Positions 42,504 to 52,428 of a stretch of DNA of 64,000 nucleotides are shown piece by piece. Numbering within the stretch: the first letter of the stretch is position 1; each line of letters opens with the position of its first letter. Source of the DNA: Verrucomicrobiota bacterium (GTDB taxonomy: Bacteria; Verrucomicrobiota; Verrucomicrobiia; Opitutales; Seribacteraceae); NCBI GenBank assembly GCA_027622665.1, contig JAQBYT010000001.1, positions 256,001 through 320,000 of the forward strand. The letters run 5' to 3'. The position numbers were made by a program, and so were the translations under genes. The notes beneath the pieces are model-generated. The model was not told the DNA's origin, made no database searches, and saw only the letters and a program-made list of their open reading frames with translations.

Positions 42504-45500
42504 CTAGAGGGCATCTTCACCCTTAACTCGAATATCAAGACAGAGACTTTGCATTTCCTTCATGAGAACATTAAAGGATTGCGGCGTGCTTGCCTGTAAT
42601 GAATTGTCTCCCTTCACTAAATTTTCATAAATTTTAGTACGACCCGAAACATCATCGGATTTGACAGTCAAAATTTCCTGCAAAGTATAAGCCGCACCAT
42701 AGGCTTCAAGCGCCCAGACTTCCATCTCTCCAAATCGTTGCCCCCCATATTGAGCCTTTCCGCCCAAGGGTTGCTGGGTTATCAAACTGTATGGACCGAC
42801 TGCCCGAGCATGGATTTTGCCGGACACAAGGTGATTCAGTTTCAACATATACATATACCCGACAACCACTTCCTGAAAGAAGCGTTCGCCTGTACAACCG
42901 TCCACGAGTTCGGTCTTTCCTGTTTCAGGAAGCCCGGCTTGCCGTAGGTATTCCTGTATATTTTTTTCGGGGATTCCATCGAAAATTGGCGTGGCGACAG
43001 TTAATCCAAGCTTCTTGCAAGCCCATCCTAAATGAGTCTCCAAGACCTGGCCGACATTCATGCGACTAGGAACACCTAGCGGATTCAAGCAAATCTCAAT
43101 GGGTGTACCATCGGGCATAAAAGGCATGTCCTCTTCTGCCACAATTTTAGCCACAACCCCCTTATTGCCATGACGACCTGCCATCTTGTCACCAACTCGA
43201 ATCTTTTGTTTTTTTGCGACAAAAACACGGACATTTTTGATCGCTCCTTGATCAATCGGATCGCCATGCTCGATTGCTTCTATTTGTCGATCGCGATCAT
43301 CATCGAGATCCTTGAACTTGCTCTCGTAGCCTTCTATAATCTCGAAGACTTTTATTCGAACGGGAGATGGCGGAATATCGACATATCGATGCACGGAAGA
43401 CACTCGCCTCAAAAGAGTTTTGGTTATCTTGCGGTTCGCAGGAATAATTACATCTCCTGTATCAGAATTCTTTACATTTAGAGGAATTTTTTCGCCGAGA
43501 AGAATGTTGGAAAGCGATTCCGTTAGCTGGGAACGCAAATCATCACTTTGGTTTCGGTAATCTTCCTTGATTTGTTTGATTTGACGGGGGTTGTCGGAGG
43601 GGGACAGTTTCTCTTGCTCTGCTTCGGTCCGGCTGGAAATCTTTATGTTCATTACAATCCCAAAAGTTCCCGACGGCACCTTGAGAGAACTGTCCTTCAC
43701 ATCTGCAGCCTTTTCGCCGAAAATAGCCCGTAGAAGTTTCTCTTCGGGTGCTAAGTCAGTCTCACTTTTAGGAGTGATTTTTCCAACAAGAATGTCGCCG
43801 GGTTTTACCTCGGCTCCTATGCGAACTACTCCGCGATGATCCAAATTGCGAAGCGCTTCTTCACCTGCGTTGGGAATGTCCCGAGTAATTTCTTCCGGAC
43901 CCAGCTTCGTGTCTCGTGCCGTTACCTCAAATTCTTCAATATGGATGGATGTGTAGATATCATCCTTAATCATTTTCTCAGATATCAGAATTGCATCTTC
44001 GAAATTATAACCCTTCCATGGCATGAAGGCCACAAGGATGTTACGCCCAAGTGCCAGTTCGCCATCTTGTGTGCAAGCGCCATCTGCAAGAGATTGGCCA
44101 ACGCTTACCTTATCGCCTTTGCGAACTATTGGTTTTTGGTTAAAGCATGTTCCGGAGTTAGACCGCAAAAATTTGCGCAAATCATAGCAATGAATACCGC
44201 GCTTAGGATCACTTTTGGGTTCCCGCAAGAAACGAGCGGGTAGGTTTCCATCGTCAGTGACGACAATACGGTTGGCGTCCGCTAAAGCCACGATACCTTC
44301 CGAGTCGGAAGTGCTCACAGTTTTAGAATCTTTCGCTACCCTGTGTTCAATGCCGGTGCCGACCAAGGGAGCTTCGGTCTGCAGCAAAGGAACGGCTTGC
44401 CTCTGCATGTTAGCACCCATGAGAGCTCGGTTCGCATCATCGTGCTCAATAAAAGGTATAAGCCCTGCAGCCACCGAAACAACTTGCTTCGGCGATATGT
44501 CCATAAAGTCGATCTTCGCAGGCTCAAATTCAGCCACTGTGTCACGATAGCGACAAGTCGGGCGACCCTTTAACTTGTTCGTCTTTGGATCGACTTCAGA
44601 GTTCGCTTGGGCAATTCGAAAACTCTCTTCCCGAAAAGCATTCAAATAGGTGACGTCCTTTGTTTTTTTGTTAACTACTCCATCAACTACGGGATGGTAA
44701 GGTGATTGCAAAAAACCAAATTCGTCGATTTTCGCATACGTGCTGAGAGTATTAATTAATCCAATATTGGGTCCTTCCGGAGTCTCAATAGGGCAAATTC
44801 GACCGTAATGGGTAGGGTGCACGTCACGGACTTCAAATCCTGCGCGTTCACGGTTTAATCCACCTGGCCCGAGTGCGGAAAGACGCCGCTTGTGGGTAAT
44901 TTCAGCCAGAGGATTAATCTGGTCCATAAATTGGCTAAGCTGACTACGGGCGAAAAAGTCTCTTAGCACGGTGGTCAACGCTTTGGGATTGATAAGTTTG
45001 CCAGGAGTAAGCGAATCAACGCCTTGATCATATAAGGTCATACGTTCACGAACCACTCGCTCAGTGCGAGCCAAACCGCTTCGACAAACGTTAGCCAATA
45101 GTTCGCCGACAGTTCGGACGCGTCTATTTCCCAAGTGGTCAATATCGTCAATCCCCATCTCGAAAATAGAGCCCGCATCTTTACGGGCTTGCTCTTCGCT
45201 ACTTATACCTCGCTTTAGCTGCGTCAATCTCTTGGTCGCTGCTACGATATCTTCCACAGTCGTTACACGCACATCCAAAGGAGTGTCCAAGCCTAGCTTT
45301 AAATTAAGCATATGACGACCGACACGGGCTAAATCATAACGCTTCGGATCTTGAAAAAGCCTACGAACGAGAGCCTCGGCGTTCTTGCGCTCGGGCGGTT
45401 CGCCGGGGCGCAACTTTTTATAGATTTCCTTCAGGGCATCTTCTTTATTACGAGAAGCGTCCTTTTTTAGGCAGCGAATAATTGCACCGTCATCGGAAGA

Positions 45501-46370
45501 AGTATCAATAGCCCTCACCTCATTAATGCCAGCTTTCCGAAAAGCCCTCAAATAAGTCTTGGTGAGGGGCTCAAACGCCTTAGCCAAAACCACTCCCTTA
45601 GCACGGTCAAACATAGGTTCGACCAAAACATAACTGGAGACATTTTCCTGGTCCAACAAATCACCAACCTTGAGACTTTCAATTTCATAGAAAAGCTCGA
45701 GAAGCTTTTGGTCGGAATCAGTATCCTTTTCCGGGTCCCAATCGAGAAGCGCTCGCAAGAAAGTAGTAATAAGAAATTTGCGGCGACGACGACGGCGGTC
45801 CAAATAGACATACAGCAAATCATGCTGATCGAACTGCGCTTCGATCCAAGTGCCCCGATCAGGGATGATTCGAAACGCATGAAGAGTCTTGCCGCTGGTA
45901 TGTGTAGTTTCCTCAAAGCTTACCCCCGGAGACCGATGCAATTGGCTAACGACAACGCGTTCAGCTCCATTAATTACGAAGGATCCGCGATCCGTAATAA
46001 TGGGAATCTCGCCCATAAAAATCTCCTCTTCGCTAAAGAAAGGTTTGCTCTGACCTTCTAACTCCATCCGCAAGCGCAACTTTAACTGCAGGGGTGCGGA
46101 ATAAGAGCACTTTTCCCGAATGCACTCCATCTCGCTAAATTTGGGTTCCCCGATCGCGTAACTGACATATTCCAAAAGAGAACGCTCATCATAACTAAGG
46201 ATAGGAAAAACTTCTCGAAATACTGCCTCAAGACCTATAGGCTTGCGATGTGTATGAGGCACATCTTTTTGGAAGAAGTCGCGAAAGGAATCAATCTGAT
46301 TCAAAATCAGATTGGGTGGCTCGATGACTTCTTTGAGTTTTCCGAAGTTTAGACGATCGTTGACGGACAT
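42504..46370 (-). CDS. rpoB: RNA polymerase subunit beta
   Basis: SQLSQFMDQ...HKRRLSALGPGG, GDKMAGRHGNKG, GQRFGEME. Confidence 0.99.
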   Translation of the reverse strand: MSVNDRLNFGKLKEVIEPPNLILNQIDSFRDFFQKDVPHTHRKPIGLEAVFREVFPILSYDERSLLEYVSYAIGEPKFSEMECIREKCSYSAPLQLKLRLRMELEGQSKPFFSEEEIFMGEIPIITDRGSFVINGAERVVVSQLHRSPGVSFEETTHTSGKTLHAFRIIPDRGTWIEAQFDQHDLLYVYLDRRRRRRKFLITTFLRALLDWDPEKDTDSDQKLLELFYEIESLKVGDLLDQENVSSYVLVEPMFDRAKGVVLAKAFEPLTKTYLRAFRKAGINEVRAIDTSSDDGAIIRCLKKDASRNKEDALKEIYKKLRPGEPPERKNAEALVRRLFQDPKRYDLARVGRHMLNLKLGLDTPLDVRVTTVEDIVAATKRLTQLKRGISSEEQARKDAGSIFEMGIDDIDHLGNRRVRTVGELLANVCRSGLARTERVVRERMTLYDQGVDSLTPGKLINPKALTTVLRDFFARSQLSQFMDQINPLAEITHKRRLSALGPGGLNRERAGFEVRDVHPTHYGRICPIETPEGPNIGLINTLSTYAKIDEFGFLQSPYHPVVDGVVNKKTKDVTYLNAFREESFRIAQANSEVDPKTNKLKGRPTCRYRDTVAEFEPAKIDFMDISPKQVVSVAAGLIPFIEHDDANRALMGANMQRQAVPLLQTEAPLVGTGIEHRVAKDSKTVSTSDSEGIVALADANRIVVTDDGNLPARFLREPKSDPKRGIHCYDLRKFLRSNSGTCFNQKPIVRKGDKVSVGQSLADGACTQDGELALGRNILVAFMPWKGYNFEDAILISEKMIKDDIYTSIHIEEFEVTARDTKLGPEEITRDIPNAGEEALRNLDHRGVVRIGAEVKPGDILVGKITPKSETDLAPEEKLLRAIFGEKAADVKDSSLKVPSGTFGIVMNIKISSRTEAEQEKLSPSDNPRQIKQIKEDYRNQSDDLRSQLTESLSNILLGEKIPLNVKNSDTGDVIIPANRKITKTLLRRVSSVHRYVDIPPSPVRIKVFEIIEGYESKFKDLDDDRDRQIEAIEHGDPIDQGAIKNVRVFVAKKQKIRVGDKMAGRHGNKGVVAKIVAEEDMPFMPDGTPIEICLNPLGVPSRMNVGQVLETHLGWACKKLGLTVATPIFDGIPEKNIQEYLRQAGLPETGKTELVDGCTGERFFQEVVVGYMYMLKLNHLVSGKIHARAVGPYSLITQQPLGGKAQYGGQRFGEMEVWALEAYGAAYTLQEILTVKSDDVSGRTKIYENLVKGDNSLQASTPQSFNVLMKEMQSLCLDIRVKGEDAL

Positions 46371-46507
46371 AGCTGCGAAATTAGATTAGGGGTGATGGAA
46401 GTGCTCTGATATCAGAGGGGGAATCCGCACATCCCAAGGCAAGGACACACCAAGACGGTGTCCTTTCGGGTGAAGTTTAAGATGGAAACGATAGCGCGGG
46501 TCACCGT

Positions 46508-46897
46508 CTACTTGATCTCGGCTTTAGCACCTGCCGTCTCAAGTTTCTTGACGACTTCTTCGGCATCGCTTTTAGATGCAGCTTCTATGACGGGTTTTGG
46601 CAAGCTTTCGACCAGTTCCTTGGCTTCCCTTAAGCCCAATCCGGTAATTCCCCGCACCTCCTTGATCACGGCGATCTTGTTGCCACCGAAGTCAGTTAGC
46701 ACAACATCGAATTCTGTCTTTTCTTCTGCGGCATCCCCGGCATCTCCACCGCCGCCTGGCATGGCAACTGCAACAGCCGCGGGCGCTGTCGCACTTACTC
46801 CCCATTTTTCTTCGAGCTCTTTGACCAACTCTGCGATTTCGATGACTGACTGACCACTGAGCCAGTCAATTACTTGTTCCTTATTTATCTCTGCCAT
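46508..46897 (-). CDS. rplL: 50S ribosomal protein L7/L12
   Basis: [30 protein letters not shown]. Confidence 0.99.
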   Translation of the reverse strand: MAEINKEQVIDWLSGQSVIEIAELVKELEEKWGVSATAPAAVAVAMPGGGGDAGDAAEEKTEFDVVLTDFGGNKIAVIKEVRGITGLGLREAKELVESLPKPVIEAASKSDAEEVVKKLETAGAKAEIK

Positions 46898-47053
46898 TGT
46901 ATTTTACCTACTTGCCTTGAATAGGATTAGCGTCGTTGAACTGACATTTAAGGGTTAATTCCCCTAATTTCTTCAAGGTTGGTGGTTATTGATTGCGCCA
47001 ACGCCTCAGACCTTAAAGTCAGAGAGGCGAAGGCAGGAAAGTGTTGTTCTTGA
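46898..47053 (-). promoter_or_regulatory. 156-nt multi-stem structured spacer between rplJ and rplL
   Basis: Outer UGCCUU/AAGGCA helix enclosing CGCCUC..GACU-UUAA-GGUC..GAGGCG and UUGAA..AGGG/CCCU..UUCAA hairpins. Confidence 0.5.
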
Positions 47054-47563
47054 TTAATCGACCTCGTCAGCTTTGGCTGCAAGGACAGTTACAAATTGTC
47101 TAGCCGGGGTGTTGAATAATGTAACAAGTCGAGTGGCGGGAGTACCCAAAAGAGAAAGAAGTTGAGATTGTAGCGTTTCAAGGTTTGGCAAATCAGCTAA
47201 AATGGAAACTTCTTTCGCTGTAAGTTGCCTATCACCCAAAGATCCGACTTTAACGGAGAGTTTTTGCTTTGACTTCGTAAAAGACTTCAAAACTTTGGCA
47301 GCACCTGAGGGGTCACCCCCAGTAACGATAGCAGTGGGACCAACAAGAAACTCATCTGAAATCGAGATGTTACGTTCAGCTGCGGCAAACTTGAGTGCAC
47401 TGTTCTTAACGATGTGAAACTCCGCTCCTAAGGAGGAAAGCTCACCGCGAAGTTCGTCGGAATCATCAACGGTGAGCCCAGTAAAATCAGCCAGAAAAAC
47501 ATAGTCGGACTTTTCAAGATGTGCTGAAACTTCTACAGCAAGGAATTTTTTTTCAGGTCTCAT
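47054..47563 (-). CDS. rplJ: 50S ribosomal protein L10
   Basis: DFTGLTV, LRGEL, VKNSAL, GPTAI. Confidence 0.97.
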   Translation of the reverse strand: MRPEKKFLAVEVSAHLEKSDYVFLADFTGLTVDDSDELRGELSSLGAEFHIVKNSALKFAAAERNISISDEFLVGPTAIVTGGDPSGAAKVLKSFTKSKQKLSVKVGSLGDRQLTAKEVSILADLPNLETLQSQLLSLLGTPATRLVTLFNTPARQFVTVLAAKADEVD

Positions 47564-47605
47564 TAGGTCAATTGCTTGATAAATTTAATACAAAAGCAGA
47601 GCCTG

Positions 47606-48298
47606 TCAAAGCTGGGAGAAGACAGAATTGTCGAGGGAAATCGCAGGGCTCATCGTGCTACAGATGCTCATTCGGCGTATATAACGCCCCTTGAAACCAT
47701 CGGGCCGGACTCCAACAATTGCCTTTATCGCCACGAGGGCATTTTCAACCAACTGCGTTGGACTAAACGAACGCTTGCCTAAAATTACGGCAAGGGCACC
47801 AGTCTTGTCCATTTTAAATTCAACTCGACCTGCTTTAACGGCTTGAACGGCCGAATTCACATCGTCAGTTACAGTACCAGCTTTCGGGGTTGGCATTAAC
47901 CCTCGAGGTCCAAGTACGCGTGCTACCGACCTAACCTTCTTCATCGCTTCTGGAGTAGCGATTGCCACATCGAAGTCGCACCAACCATCTTTCACCTTGG
48001 CGACCAAGTCGTCCAAGCCGATGATATCAGCCCCCGAAGACTTAGCCTCTTCAGGCTTTTCAGTGAACACAACTACAACTACTTTACGGCCGCTTCCATG
48101 AGGCAAGTTTACCGTCCCGCGAACTGAATGAGAAGTTTGTTTTGGGTCTACTCCTAATGCAACCGAAAGTTCAACGGTTTCGTCAAACTTAACTTTTTCC
48201 ATTTGGTCTAGCACTTCAATTGCTTGATCCAGCAGATGAGGTTGGGAAAGGTCGGCCTTCTTGGTCGCAGATAGATATCTTTTACTTGGGTTGGACAT
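47606..48298 (-). CDS. rplA: 50S ribosomal protein L1
   Basis: KFDETVE, VRGTVNLPHG, LGPRGLMP. Confidence 0.99.
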   Translation of the reverse strand: MSNPSKRYLSATKKADLSQPHLLDQAIEVLDQMEKVKFDETVELSVALGVDPKQTSHSVRGTVNLPHGSGRKVVVVVFTEKPEEAKSSGADIIGLDDLVAKVKDGWCDFDVAIATPEAMKKVRSVARVLGPRGLMPTPKAGTVTDDVNSAVQAVKAGRVEFKMDKTGALAVILGKRSFSPTQLVENALVAIKAIVGVRPDGFKGRYIRRMSICSTMSPAISLDNSVFSQL

Positions 48299-48346
48299 GG
48301 TTATTCAAAAAATAAAGATGAAAAAGGTATCAATGTTCCTTTGTGT

Positions 48347-48772
48347 TCAGTTGGCAATTTCAATACCCATGCTACGGGCAGTGCCGGCAATGATGCGGCA
48401 CGCCGCATCTTCATCTCTGGCATTTAAGTCAGCCTTCTTTGTGGCCACAATTTCTTTCACCTGAGCCATAGTAACCTTACCGATTTTATCCCGATTGGGC
48501 GTGCCCGAACCTTTTGGTACACCGGCTGCCTTTTTTAAAAGCACTGCGGCAGGTGGCGACTTCAGTATGAAACTGAAGGATCGATCGGCATACACGGTTA
48601 TGACGACAGGAAGGATGAGACCGGACTGGTCTTTCGTGCGTGCATTGAACTCTTTGCAGAATTCCATTATGTTTACACCTTGGGAACCCAGAGCCGGGCC
48701 TACGGGTGGTGCGGGATTGGCCGCACCTGCGGGTAGTTGCAAACGAATTTCTCCTACTGCCTTTTTGGACAT
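48347..48772 (-). CDS. rplK: 50S ribosomal protein L11
   Basis: [28 protein letters not shown]. Confidence 0.99.
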   Translation of the reverse strand: MSKKAVGEIRLQLPAGAANPAPPVGPALGSQGVNIMEFCKEFNARTKDQSGLILPVVITVYADRSFSFILKSPPAAVLLKKAAGVPKGSGTPNRDKIGKVTMAQVKEIVATKKADLNARDEDAACRIIAGTARSMGIEIAN

Positions 48773-48788
48773 GATAAATTAAGTTGAA

Positions 48789-49367
48789 TTAGGTTTCGTC
48801 CGCTTTTTCTACCTGCCAGAATTCTAACTCTACAGGTGTAAATCGACCGAAAATAGAAACTGAAATTTTCAAGCTACCTTTTTCCGCGTCAATCTCCTCA
48901 ATGTCACCTGTCAGATTTATGAAAGGCCCATCCAGAATCTTGACGAGCTGCCCAAGTTCGAATTGAACTTTTGGAACTTCCTTTCCTTTAGCTTCTTCTA
49001 CTTGCCTCAAGATATGTCCTATTTCGTCTTCGCGAAGTGGTGTAGGATTGGCGCGTCCTATAAAATTAATTACGCCATCGGTATCTTTAACCTTGTACCA
49101 AGGTTCTTTCAACAAGTTCCCCTCTGTATCAAAAAGGTGCATCTCGACGAATACATATCCCGGGTAAAACTTGCGGTCACGTTGCTTTTTTTGACCGTTT
49201 TTAACCTCTGATACAGTTTCAATCGGAACCAATATCTCCTTAAGGTGCTTAGAAAAGTTTTCGTCATCCTCACGAAAACGAGTCAGAAAACGTCTCACTT
49301 TGTCTTCGTGGTTAGATAGGCATTGAACTGCGTACCAACGAGGTTTACTTGAAACTGTATCGGTCAT
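48789..49367 (-). CDS. nusG: transcription termination/antitermination factor NusG
   Basis: WYAVQ, YPGYVFV, KOW DGPF, IFGRFTPVEL. Confidence 0.98.
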   Translation of the reverse strand: MTDTVSSKPRWYAVQCLSNHEDKVRRFLTRFREDDENFSKHLKEILVPIETVSEVKNGQKKQRDRKFYPGYVFVEMHLFDTEGNLLKEPWYKVKDTDGVINFIGRANPTPLREDEIGHILRQVEEAKGKEVPKVQFELGQLVKILDGPFINLTGDIEEIDAEKGSLKISVSIFGRFTPVELEFWQVEKADET

Positions 49368-49391
49368 CTTATTTACAAATTCGATACGGAC

Positions 49392-49595
49392 TTAACTTCG
49401 GAGCAAACTAGTGACATAATCGACCCAAGACGAAAGCGAGAAGTCGGCTACTGATATAAAAAAGCCCAGCACGGCGACGCCTGCGATTACGACCCCCGTG
49501 GATTCCCGCAACTCAGATGGGGTCGGCCATGTGGCGCGCTTAAGTTCAATTACGGTTTCAGCGTAAAAAGAACGTATTTTTCGAAAAGGATTCAA
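49392..49595 (-). CDS. secE: preprotein translocase subunit SecE
   Basis: ELKRATWPT motif plus one TM helix; tRNA-Trp-secE-nusG synteny; TTG start. Confidence 0.95.
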   Translation of the reverse strand: MNPFRKIRSFYAETVIELKRATWPTPSELRESTGVVIAGVAVLGFFISVADFSLSSWVDYVTSLLRS

Positions 49596-49620
49596 AGTAC
49601 TAATTAATTTGAGAAGAAAA

Positions 49621-49696
49621 TGGCGGGAGAAGAGGGACTCGAACCCTCAGCCTACGGTTTTGGAGACCGTTGCTCTGCCAATTGAGCTATTCTCCC
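49621..49696 (-). tRNA. tRNA-Trp(CCA)
   Basis: 76-nt cloverleaf GGGAGAA...ACGGT-CTCCAAA-ACCGT...TTCTCCC-G-CCA. Confidence 0.98.
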
Positions 49697-49776
49697 GAAT
49701 CTCTAACATTGGAAACATAAATCCCTCGAGACCCGGTGAGCATAGTTTGGAAATAAAACAGATGAAAAAATCGGTA

Positions 49777-50979
49777 CTACTCGAGAACATCAGTAATGTT
49801 ACCGGCTCCTATTGTCTTGCCTCCTTCGCGGATGGCAAAACGTTGTCCAGATTCCATCGCTATAGGCTTTTGCAATTCTATGCTCACCCCTAAGTTGTCT
49901 CCAGGCATAACCATCTCAACACCCTCAGGTAATTCTACAACGCCAGTAACATCGGCAGTGCCAAAAAAGAATTGGGGGCGATAGCCCTTGAAAAACGGGG
50001 TGTGGCGACCACCTTCATCTTTATTCAGCACATAAATTTGAGCTTTGGCCTTGGCGTGCGGTTTTATGGTGCCTGGCTTAGCAATTACATGACCACGCTG
50101 AACATCATCTTTCTCAATTCCTCGAAGCAACATTCCGACATTGTCACCGGCTTGTCCTTGCCCAAGTTCCTTGCGAAACATTTCAACTCCCGTACAGATA
50201 GTTTTGATAGAATCGACAAGTCCGACAAGCTCGACTTCCTCGCCGACCTTAACCCTTCCACGCTCTATTCTGCCTGTGGCAACTGTTCCTCGTCCAGTTA
50301 TAGAGAAGACATCTTCAACTGACATCAAAAAAGGTTTGTCAACATCGCGAACTGGTTCTTCAATTTCGCTATCGATGGTTTCCATTAGTTGCTGGATTGC
50401 GGGAAGACCTAGCTCACTCTCATCATCTTCAAGTGCCTTAGTTGCTGAGCCCCGAATGATTTTGGCGTTGTCTCCGTCAAACTCATACTTGCTAAGCAAA
50501 TCCCGTATTTCCATATCTACCAACTCAACAAGTTCCTCATCGTCACCTTGCATGAGATCGCATTTATTGAGAAAAACAACGACATTAGGTACATCAACTT
50601 GACGGGCCAATAATATATGTTCTCGGGTCTGTGGCATTGGTCCAGTCGTGGCGTCAACAACAAGGATGGCTCCATCCATTTGAGCAGCTCCAGTAATCAT
50701 GTTTTTGACGAAATCGGCGTGCCCCGGGCAATCGACATGCGCATAGTGACGATTGTCCGACTCATACTCAACATGAGACAGGGCAATAGTCACAATTTTG
50801 GAAGAGTCGCGAACGGTCCCTCCTTTTGCGATATCAGCATAACTTTTTATCTGGGCAAAACCTTTTTTGGATTGTGCGTGAAGAATAGCAGCAGTCAATG
50901 TGGTCTTACCATGATCCACATGACCTATCGTGCCGACGTTAACATGAGGTTTTGTGCGTTCGAACTTTTCTTTGGCCAT
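49777..50979 (-). CDS. tuf: elongation factor Tu
   Basis: [14 protein letters not shown] (ATG 50979), [18 protein letters not shown]. Confidence 0.99.
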   Translation of the reverse strand: MAKEKFERTKPHVNVGTIGHVDHGKTTLTAAILHAQSKKGFAQIKSYADIAKGGTVRDSSKIVTIALSHVEYESDNRHYAHVDCPGHADFVKNMITGAAQMDGAILVVDATTGPMPQTREHILLARQVDVPNVVVFLNKCDLMQGDDEELVELVDMEIRDLLSKYEFDGDNAKIIRGSATKALEDDESELGLPAIQQLMETIDSEIEEPVRDVDKPFLMSVEDVFSITGRGTVATGRIERGRVKVGEEVELVGLVDSIKTICTGVEMFRKELGQGQAGDNVGMLLRGIEKDDVQRGHVIAKPGTIKPHAKAKAQIYVLNKDEGGRHTPFFKGYRPQFFFGTADVTGVVELPEGVEMVMPGDNLGVSIELQKPIAMESGQRFAIREGGKTIGAGNITDVLE

Positions 50980-51024
50980 TAGTGCGGTTTTGTTAAAGTA
51001 TTTTAAACTATGAAAAATTTTGCG

Positions 51025-51100
<76 letters not shown>

Positions 51101-51256
51101 GAGAAAAAGCATGAGTCACAAGTGAGATGTAAATCGAGGTTACAAGGGTGGACAAAAAGCTGAAGCTGGAATTCAGGGTAAATCGAAGTGGAATATCAAG
51201 ACGAGAAAACCGAATCTCGTCAAGAGTATTCCGAACTTTACAAAAGTTCGCTAAAA

Positions 51257-51979
51257 TCAAGGGGCAACGGTTGCAAGGTAGTAACCATCCGCCAAAGCCA
51301 TTGAAGGAGCAAGTTCGAGAATCTCGCTCAACAAAAGTTCATCTACAATTTCATTGCCTGAAGATTTCGCCGATACGGGTGGACCAGCTAAAGTGTTGTT
51401 GAGTATCGTAAAGACACACTCCACTTTTCGCCATAGTTCCCCATCCCCCACTTGCTTCAGGTTTGTCAAGGGGAAGGGAAGAGAAATAACGGGGTTCTGC
51501 CGACCATGCACAAAAACGTGAAGAATGGGATGGGTGTGTTCATATTTGGCAAAAAGTGGCTTCTCTGACTTGCCAAAGGTTGAGAGAGGCCGCCTCAGGA
51601 AGGTTGAGCTTAAAATATTATTGGTCGATGGCGGCAACAGCATTTCGCGTTCCGTCAAAGCCTCTACCCACGGATCGCCTACAGCAAAAGATGGAGGATA
51701 TGAGTCCAGTCCCGGTGAAGCCGGTAGGCGTGTTGAAAGATCAGAAGTTCCTTCGGAATAGTCGCTTGGTAAATAAATGATGGATGAATCTAAGAATAAC
51801 AAATTGTCCAAGAGAATTGACGAAGGTGGCTCCATTCGGACCCAAGGTTGTGGATCCATAGATTGGGCAGGCAGCCCGTAGGTCTTAAATGGCTCATAAA
51901 TTTGTGCGACGGTAAAAGCTCCTGCAAAAACAATCGAAAGTATCGCAAAAAACAAACCGTTACCAAACAATGCATTCAT
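51257..51979 (-). CDS. membrane-anchored hypothetical protein with TonB-C-like C-terminus
   Basis: N-terminal TM, Pro/Ser-rich linker, C-terminal KSSGNEIVDE resembling TonB SSGxxxLD; 4-bp overlap with the exbD-like gene. Confidence 0.55.
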   Translation of the reverse strand: MNALFGNGLFFAILSIVFAGAFTVAQIYEPFKTYGLPAQSMDPQPWVRMEPPSSILLDNLLFLDSSIIYLPSDYSEGTSDLSTRLPASPGLDSYPPSFAVGDPWVEALTEREMLLPPSTNNILSSTFLRRPLSTFGKSEKPLFAKYEHTHPILHVFVHGRQNPVISLPFPLTNLKQVGDGELWRKVECVFTILNNTLAGPPVSAKSSGNEIVDELLLSEILELAPSMALADGYYLATVAP

Positions 51980-52428
51980 GGTAGAAATGAATCTTTTGGA
52001 TTTACGCCCACGAGAATAGTTTCAACCCTTCGGGCACGCAACATATCGCAGATTCGTACGAATGACTCGATCCTCACCTCCCGATCGGCCCGAACTAGCA
52101 GGCTTAGATTTCCCGACGCGGGCTTTTTCAAACGAATCAGTGCTTGATCTAATGTCTCGAAGGATAGCCGTTCTCCATTGAGAAATATCATCCCGTTTAT
52201 CCCGATGAAAAGAGTTCCATGGCATAACCTACTATCGATAATTTCTGACCCAGTTGAAGCTGACGGCAGTTCAACTGCCATGCCTTGAGATTTCAACTGC
52301 TGATTTTGGCTTAAATATAAAGAAAAGCCAAACAACAGAATAAGGTCCAGAAAGGGGGCAGAAAAGGGAGCTCGGCGAGCTCGTGTGCGATCATCTAAAA
52401 ACTCAAAACGCTTGAGAGTTGATTTCAA
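51976..52428 (-). CDS. ExbD/TolR family protein
   Basis: APFLDLILL with conserved TM Asp, VELPSA, LLVRADREV. Confidence 0.9.
   Translation of the reverse strand: MKSTLKRFEFLDDRTRARRAPFSAPFLDLILLFGFSLYLSQNQQLKSQGMAVELPSASTGSEIIDSRLCHGTLFIGINGMIFLNGERLSFETLDQALIRLKKPASGNLSLLVRADREVRIESFVRICDMLRARRVETILVGVNPKDSFLP

Noticed and set aside
44860..44960. RpoB rifampicin-resistance region differences (ARSQLSQFMDQINPLAEITH)
   Set aside because: Key contacts equivalent to Q513, D516, H526, R529 and S531 are intact; the differences look like ordinary lineage variation
42504..46370. Lineage-specific insertions in RpoB
   Set aside because: They fall in known variable regions; the frame is intact with no mobile-element signature
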